A stretch of 64,000 nucleotides of DNA from the sequence record NC_071015.1; one strand, written 5' to 3'. Shown one piece after another: positions 57,609 through 64,000 of the stretch (position 1 is its first letter; each line of letters opens with the position of its first letter). Below the pieces are notes generated by a model, which saw only the letters and a list, made by a program, of their open reading frames with translations, had not been told where the DNA came from and did not search any database. A program made the translations under genes and the position numbers.

Positions 57609-59351
57609 TTATGTAGTTGGTGTAGCGATTTTCTTACAGATCGCTGCAGAGACACCCAGCTGAAGCTCGGCACCGGTGCTGTCACGACGTACCCAACGGA
57701 TATACACACCTTCACCGTCACTGACAGTCATGTCATTGATAGGAAGGGTCTTATAGTCCGCCAGCGGGATTGCCGTGCGTGCTGTACCGTCTGTCTTCAC
57801 AATGTCAAAGTGAGTCGGCTGTGGAGCTAAGACTTCTTGACGTGGATCGAACATCGGTTCAAACGCATCGTACCCTTTTGCCGTAAACTCAGCCACAGTT
57901 GCCACATCAGCAAAGCGACCTGGGTTACCGCCCCCAACCGGTGTCCAGAACTCCAACGTCAAGTTGTTGAACGGCGGACGGGAATACGAATGACGCACAT
58001 CCCATTTACGTCCAACGGCTGTCGGTGGATTGTACAGCGTGATGGTGGTATGCTGAACAAATGCCCACGGCTCATAAATAGCTGAGACGTCGCGCATGTT
58101 CAGGTTAAAGACCAGCGGTTGCTCTTCACCGTACTTCTGACCATTGAAGACCGGAGAGGTGGCGTTGAGGGTAACCTGGTCAGTTACATCCCGGCAATAC
58201 TTACGATCGAGATCAGTGAGATAATGCTTAAGGCGATAACCAACAGCCGGATCCCAATATGGATAAGTGTAGATACGAGGACTGTACGAACCTTGTGAAG
58301 GAGTCGCGACAATTTCATATACTTCTGCCATGTGGTTAGGTTGACCCGGATCTGCAATCATGGCCTGCTCATGTTCTTTGAAGAAATAAGACAGAACCAC
58401 ATCAGCAGAAATCTGACCTACGGTAGTAGGTTTGTACGATCCCAATCCGTGAAGCTGGAAACCATTGTCTCCATTAAAGGAGTTCACCGGCATTTCCACA
58501 GACTCCCCGTCCTGATAGTGAATAACTGCACGGAATTCGACAGCACTCAATGGTAGGTTAATGGGGATGAACATGGTGTTCGGTTTAGTACTGTTGGTAA
58601 ACCACGGGGCCAACAGTTCGATAGACTTGATGTAACGTTTATCCAACTGATGATCACGCAGATATGCACAGTGCTGAACCACAACCGGATAGGTCGGTGG
58701 AATAGGACGTCCGGCCTGATCGTAATACACCAGGGTACAACGCGTGCCGTTCGGTAATGCAGTTTCGTTCTGTGTGACCGAGAACGAGTTACATCCCATG
58801 ACCGTTTTGTTTTCCAGGTTATCGTACACTACTGGAGAAACTGTGATTTGGGCATCAATCAATTCCTGACCGCTATAGGTCGCAGAAATGATCTCACCTT
58901 TGTCACTGATCAATGCGCCTTTATAAAGAAGCGCATACGCAGCGTCCGGCGCTACGGCATTGGCATCTACACGGGCAAACGCAGGACGAACTGAGAAATC
59001 AATGGCTAATGCCAGTTCACCTTGTAAGAAGCCATACTCATGCTGCGGAAAGAGTTCATAGTCTGACGTGTCTTTCTCAGGCAGCAAGAAGTAGTTTACA
59101 AAAGTGGACTTCCAGGTATTGTACCGGTCAACATGACTGACCTGCAAAATACGTTTGTTTTCCGTATCGTGAACCAGCTCTCCTTCCAACGGAACGATGT
59201 ACTTCGTCATGTCCGCAATCGGGTGAATGTCCGGGTCAAAGATTTGGGGGAGATACCACTGCCGTTTGATATCACCCTCATTACGAATGCCCGGGTTGTT
59301 CGCCGGGACCACATCTTCATTGAGTGTGGCGGTGGGTTTAGAATCAAACAT
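57609..59351 (-). CDS. Virion structural protein (phiKZ gp26 position)
   Basis: Position between the terminase and sheath genes. Confidence 0.7.
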   Translation of the reverse strand: MFDSKPTATLNEDVVPANNPGIRNEGDIKRQWYLPQIFDPDIHPIADMTKYIVPLEGELVHDTENKRILQVSHVDRYNTWKSTFVNYFLLPEKDTSDYELFPQHEYGFLQGELALAIDFSVRPAFARVDANAVAPDAAYALLYKGALISDKGEIISATYSGQELIDAQITVSPVVYDNLENKTVMGCNSFSVTQNETALPNGTRCTLVYYDQAGRPIPPTYPVVVQHCAYLRDHQLDKRYIKSIELLAPWFTNSTKPNTMFIPINLPLSAVEFRAVIHYQDGESVEMPVNSFNGDNGFQLHGLGSYKPTTVGQISADVVLSYFFKEHEQAMIADPGQPNHMAEVYEIVATPSQGSYSPRIYTYPYWDPAVGYRLKHYLTDLDRKYCRDVTDQVTLNATSPVFNGQKYGEEQPLVFNLNMRDVSAIYEPWAFVQHTTITLYNPPTAVGRKWDVRHSYSRPPFNNLTLEFWTPVGGGNPGRFADVATVAEFTAKGYDAFEPMFDPRQEVLAPQPTHFDIVKTDGTARTAIPLADYKTLPINDMTVSDGEGVYIRWVRRDSTGAELQLGVSAAICKKIATPTT

Positions 59352-62157
59352 GTTTCACCTCAAAGTGACCTTCAATTTTAATCTTCCCTTGAAGGTACTG
59401 TTCATTAATGACACTGATAAAGGTTAGCTGGTCAGGCGTGAGTGTGATCATATCCAGATTGTTGTACGGATGAACAGTAAAGAACCGCAAATCCAGGCCC
59501 AGAATAATCGGGTCGTATTTCAACAACCATTGCCATTCACGAGTCAGGTCATCCACAACTTGTGCCGAATAAGGAACGTCATTACCAGATGGGGTAGGTG
59601 CTTCCAAGAAGCCCAGAATCAAATGGTTAATGACCAAGCTCAAGAAAGGACTGTAGAGTCGATACTTGTCTTGTTCCATGTACACTGTCTGTGTGGGAAC
59701 CTTCGGCTTGTAGGTCGCATGCTGGGTCAGGTAATCAGAGATCTGTTTATCCAATGCCCGTGCTGCGTCATATCCCCAATAGGTGTCATACCAGTCCACG
59801 TATTTGTTCGCAGAGTAGATATGTTTCACTTCATAAGGGAATCCGTTATAAGCCATCATGTTACTGCCGTGGTTGATGTCTTCTGACCAATCCAACGAGT
59901 CAGTCAAATACAGTCGCCCACCCACAATGGTTTTAGTCGGACGATCAATGCGCAGATTATAACGACCGTTATAGCCCAACACCCCGTCTGCTACAAACCC
60001 CAACTCACTGGTTTTCACCAACCCGTTCTTTGAAAGTCCCGTGCCCCGATACTGAATGAACTGAGAGCCTTCTTCCAGCCACATCTTATTAATGATGTAA
60101 ACGTTCGGGAAATCGAGGATATAATCCACGTTCTCCGTCAGCGGGTGACGGTTCATCCAGATATCAATCTGACCGGGTTCCATCGGAAGTTGAACCCCAC
60201 CGATGTTCCACTTATGGGTAATCCCAAAGGACAGAGAGTTATCCAAATGCTCCAGCTCAAACTCATTGTACAAATGAGCCGTGTCAAAGACCACCAGACC
60301 AACGTAGTTAATCGTATCAAACTGGAAAACGACCCAATCATTCTCGATGCGGTATTCGTCAGTGTCCGTGATGTCAATCCATTCACCTGTAGGATACCCA
60401 CCTGGGGGTAAGCCCGTATTGGTATCAGGTGATTCGTTGACCTTTAATACTTTTAGTTCACCACCGTTAGGTGCGTACGGATCAACCCCGTCCTGACTGA
60501 CCAGCAGTTCATTGGTAATCGGATCAAGCGGTTCCCAATCCGGATCAATAACCCACGCTGCTTTATAGACACGGAACCCGTAACCTTTTCTCAGCTTCAC
60601 ATCGGTTTTGCTTACCACGTAATCCAACCACGTGGTTGCACGACCTAAAGACCACTCTACATACCCACACCCTTCTTTAGGGGCGTACCACTCCTGGTTC
60701 TTCACTCCCACCAAACGCAGTAACAGACCGTTCATGTCATATTCGTACGCGGTAGAGCTTTCAACAAACGTAGGAGGAACTTGGTAACCCAACCCAGAGG
60801 TGTAAGGCGGTGTAGGATGAAGATCCACAAAGTCTGGTTCACCCGGCGTAATGGCTGGCATATATAAAGGTGAGTTCGACATCGCGATACTGCACCCGTT
60901 ATACCCTAACCCGTCACGTACCGAATCGGTAGTCAGCTTTTGAATAATCCCGTTCAGCACATAGTTGGTCGGTGATTTTTCTAATTCTGCTGCACGCCAC
61001 TCTTTAATGTTGGCATTTACCCCGGTCATGGCCCGCAGAATGGTGCCCGGGTCTTCCAACAGATAAAGGTCATTGATACGACTGGATGTCGGACCCAGTG
61101 GAACTTTCCAACGGGTACTGTGATAGATCACCACTACCTCGATGTCTTTAATCGTGGTGTTGTCGGTGGTGTCTTCAGCGATCAATCGGTTCGCTAAGAA
61201 CTCGATGTAATCGGCAGCCATGCCGTAGTCTTGATGGGTCAGTTGCCGGACAGCATCTTCACTGTTGCGATGGTAGTAATAACCGTGATTATTTCGCTTA
61301 CTACGAACATAGTAGTGGCAGTCATCATAATAGCGATAATAATGAGGTTTTTCGATGAACCCAGGAAAGAGAATAACTTTCCTTTTGCTGTCAAGAGTCG
61401 ACAGGTAATCGGGCATGGTCGAGTAGTCATAGCTCACAATCAATTCAACCGAAGGGTCATATGCCGCTTCGATCAAATCGCCTGGTACGGGCTGAACATC
61501 CTCAATCGGTTTCAGTTCTCCATTGTGGAAGAATGATACCATTCCCATGTTAAATGCTTTCCACGTATCGTAGTTACTTCGTACGCGAGCAAAGTCGTTA
61601 GGTGAAACATAGATTCCACCCACATGACCAAAACTGTATTTCAGTTGGTCAGCCGCTTTGATATTGCGAACATTGATATCGGTAGAGTAGCAGTGCAGAT
61701 AAAGGTTCTTATCCAGCGGTAACGGGAAATTATGATTGAGCGGTAAACACACCAACGTGACGCCATCTTCGCAGGGCATGATGTAAACTTCATCACGCGG
61801 AAACATTGAACCGTTTCCTTTATATACGTCAATGGCTACTGCCCGTCGGTGAGAGAATACAGCCGCGGTGATCCAGGTATCGACAGGATACCAGCTTTTC
61901 CCACGATTGCCGAAGTTCCAGAATCCGGTATCGAGCCCACCTAAGGTGAAGACATGATAGCGAGTCAGAACTTTGGGTAAGTAGCGACGCTTACCCATAT
62001 AAACGAAATCGTTGAGTAATCCCTCTGTGCCTGAAACCCGTGCCAGTTTAATCTGGAACTGAGAATCAAGCTCAGGGTTACCCCACATGTTTCGTACGGC
62101 ATAATCGACTAAAGGGTTCCTGTCTTGGGTGTAATCAAGTTGATACGCGGTTGACAT
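59344..62157 (-). CDS. Large virion structural protein (phiKZ gp27 position, probably baseplate/tail)
   Basis: 937 aa; synteny-based. Confidence 0.7.
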   Translation of the reverse strand: MSTAYQLDYTQDRNPLVDYAVRNMWGNPELDSQFQIKLARVSGTEGLLNDFVYMGKRRYLPKVLTRYHVFTLGGLDTGFWNFGNRGKSWYPVDTWITAAVFSHRRAVAIDVYKGNGSMFPRDEVYIMPCEDGVTLVCLPLNHNFPLPLDKNLYLHCYSTDINVRNIKAADQLKYSFGHVGGIYVSPNDFARVRSNYDTWKAFNMGMVSFFHNGELKPIEDVQPVPGDLIEAAYDPSVELIVSYDYSTMPDYLSTLDSKRKVILFPGFIEKPHYYRYYDDCHYYVRSKRNNHGYYYHRNSEDAVRQLTHQDYGMAADYIEFLANRLIAEDTTDNTTIKDIEVVVIYHSTRWKVPLGPTSSRINDLYLLEDPGTILRAMTGVNANIKEWRAAELEKSPTNYVLNGIIQKLTTDSVRDGLGYNGCSIAMSNSPLYMPAITPGEPDFVDLHPTPPYTSGLGYQVPPTFVESSTAYEYDMNGLLLRLVGVKNQEWYAPKEGCGYVEWSLGRATTWLDYVVSKTDVKLRKGYGFRVYKAAWVIDPDWEPLDPITNELLVSQDGVDPYAPNGGELKVLKVNESPDTNTGLPPGGYPTGEWIDITDTDEYRIENDWVVFQFDTINYVGLVVFDTAHLYNEFELEHLDNSLSFGITHKWNIGGVQLPMEPGQIDIWMNRHPLTENVDYILDFPNVYIINKMWLEEGSQFIQYRGTGLSKNGLVKTSELGFVADGVLGYNGRYNLRIDRPTKTIVGGRLYLTDSLDWSEDINHGSNMMAYNGFPYEVKHIYSANKYVDWYDTYWGYDAARALDKQISDYLTQHATYKPKVPTQTVYMEQDKYRLYSPFLSLVINHLILGFLEAPTPSGNDVPYSAQVVDDLTREWQWLLKYDPIILGLDLRFFTVHPYNNLDMITLTPDQLTFISVINEQYLQGKIKIEGHFEVKHV

Positions 62158-62180
62158 TTATATACCCCAAGAAAAAGGAA

Positions 62181-63056
62181 TCAACGACCGTTGAGGTAGA
62201 ACTCAACTGTCTTAATGAACTGGGTAACGTTCGTGTCGTTCTTCACGTTCAGCTCTTCGCCCACTCGAGTATTCTGGTAGATCTTCTGAGTAGCCGCACT
62301 GAAACAGATCGCTGTAAACAGCGTCGGTAACTCAATGGCCGCACCCATCATCATTTTGAAACCAGAGGTGGAGAAGAAAATAGAAGAACCCGCCGCAACC
62401 AATCCGCCCAGATCCAGACGTGATAATGCAAAAAGAGTTGGGTCTGCTTTGATCGCAGCCAACAGATCTTCCAACGTACCGAGATAGCCCAGATCATTAA
62501 TAACATCATTAACCTGAGTTTGCGGAATACGCAGTGCACGAGAAATGGCGTTTTGAGCGATGAACGTATAGTCTACATCCGGGCTTTCAGTCAGGCAAAC
62601 ATAGTAGTGTGCCAGGATGATGCGCAGACGTAACCGTTGTACCAGATCCAATGTTACCGCCCCACCTAACGCTGAACCCAGAGCATTTGCGAATGCTTTG
62701 ATAGTGTAAGGACGAACGGTTTTAATTAGCGTCAAGTTATTCTTCTGCAAATCCTGTTGAAGGGTCGCAGCGAGTAACATTAAGTTGTATTCCGGAACGT
62801 TGATATTGCGGCCATCTTTATTAAAGTAGGTGCGCTGATCGAAGATCGTAACCGGTTCACGTTTGTAGTTGGTAAGGGAGATGGGGAAGATAAAAGGAGG
62901 GAGTCCGAAATCGCTTTTACGGTCAACAGCGTAAATACCACGATTGTCGATCAACTCTAAACGGTCAGTGCTCTGGAGCAGTTTGATCGTCTCTTTAATC
63001 TTATCCTTAATCTGGAATCTACTACCGACAGTAGTATTATAACCATTTAGAATCAT
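62181..63056 (-). CDS. Virion structural protein (phiKZ gp28 position)
   Basis: 291 aa, divergent from the sheath gene. Confidence 0.65.
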   Translation of the reverse strand: MILNGYNTTVGSRFQIKDKIKETIKLLQSTDRLELIDNRGIYAVDRKSDFGLPPFIFPISLTNYKREPVTIFDQRTYFNKDGRNINVPEYNLMLLAATLQQDLQKNNLTLIKTVRPYTIKAFANALGSALGGAVTLDLVQRLRLRIILAHYYVCLTESPDVDYTFIAQNAISRALRIPQTQVNDVINDLGYLGTLEDLLAAIKADPTLFALSRLDLGGLVAAGSSIFFSTSGFKMMMGAAIELPTLFTAICFSAATQKIYQNTRVGEELNVKNDTNVTQFIKTVEFYLNGR

Positions 63057-63163
63057 AACTCTAGTCCTGAAATAATGTTATGCGTGTTAACGTTAACTAT
63101 CATGCCCGAAATTTGGGTCATACGATTGATTTTTTTGATCAAAAAAATTAATGAGGTTTTACT

Positions 63164-64000
63164 ATGGATACTTTTAGCAAAGTGATCCCAGGTAAAGTTG
63201 TTAATAATGGTATTGTTAGTCGGGAGACTTTCCCTAACGCAACGCCGGTTATTTCTTCACCTGCTCACTTTCCAGACTTCGCGGCGGTGACCCCTAAAGG
63301 GGAAACAAAGCGCGCGACGGTATCGGTAGCCACCTTCAACGAAAAGTTTGGTGACACTACTGATCCGTACGGTCTTTATTACAACCCGGTGACTTACGCC
63401 ATTCAACAGTTAGGTGCGGCAGGACAAGCTTCTTTTAGCTTCAAACGTCTGACCAATAACACTGTGCGTGCGCGCGTCATCAAAGGCGTTGGTATTTTTG
63501 CTGGTTCCGTTCCGAATTACGATCGTGCGACTAATGGCGATTATAAATACGATGCAGCGGGTAATCCGGTAGTCAGTAAAGATGCCCCGACGGTTGAAGG
63601 TCTTTGGGTCTGCCCAGGCGTTCTGCAATCCAGCGGTGACATCGGTTCTGCAAAGAGCTTTGAAATCACTGCGGATGCATCCGTTCCTGGAATCCCGGCT
63701 GGTACTACCGGTACGTTCTATCCGCTGGCTGAACTGATCTCTGGTATCGGCGATGCATACAACACCAGCTACGCAGCGATCGGCCATCAGAGCCTGACCG
63801 ACTGGAACGAGCTGGCGCGTTTCGTGACCACCAATGGCGCGTTCCCGTTTGTTCTGAACATCGGTACGCTGCTCGACTCTGGTCTGCGTTCTCCGGCAAG
63901 CACCGTCACCGGTACCCCGGATACTACCTTCACGATGTTCGACGTGGTGACCAGCGACAATGTTCGCTATAACCTGAAAGCAGCCGTGGACGCCTATACA
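63164..64000 (+). CDS. Tail sheath protein (phiKZ gp29-like), 5' part, truncated by the window end
   Basis: Manual translation MDTFSKVIPGKVVNNG...PAHFPDFAAVTPKG...FGDTTDPYGLYYNPVT...FKRL, open to the window edge; RBS GAGG. Absent from the ORF track. Confidence 0.8.
   Translation, partial: MDTFSKVIPGKVVNNGIVSRETFPNATPVISSPAHFPDFAAVTPKGETKRATVSVATFNEKFGDTTDPYGLYYNPVTYAIQQLGAAGQASFSFKRLTNNTVRARVIKGVGIFAGSVPNYDRATNGDYKYDAAGNPVVSKDAPTVEGLWVCPGVLQSSGDIGSAKSFEITADASVPGIPAGTTGTFYPLAELISGIGDAYNTSYAAIGHQSLTDWNELARFVTTNGAFPFVLNIGTLLDSGLRSPASTVTGTPDTTFTMFDVVTSDNVRYNLKAAVDAYT

Noticed and set aside
63410-63899. Minus-strand ORFs at the window end
   Set aside because: Antisense to the tail sheath gene, which is open from 63164 to the edge.

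Overview
64 kb from a nucleus-forming jumbo phage (Chimalliviridae; phiKZ/SPN3US-like, probably with an enterobacterial host), mostly on the minus strand. All homology calls come from remembered motifs and gene order, not database searches. The window holds the phage-nucleus core block: chimallin, non-virion RNA polymerase subunits, probable PicA and ChmC, an Mre11/SbcD-like nuclease, an SF2 helicase and a family B DNA polymerase. It also holds PhuZ tubulin, about 13 kb of early hypothetical genes, thymidylate kinase, large terminase, virion genes and the start of the tail sheath. Three things stand out. (1) A 3.5 kb RNA-rich island (46.1-49.65 kb) has an array of five double-hairpin units, tRNA-Asn, tRNA-Ser, a Tad2-like sponge gene, a large structured-RNA candidate and a complete type I hammerhead ribozyme core upstream of a structural operon. 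(2) A 245-aa protein appears to fuse a degenerate Tad1-like domain to an Acb1-like 2H phosphodiesterase. (3) Two small membrane-protein ORFs fall below the ORF-track cutoff, one in its own early transcription unit.
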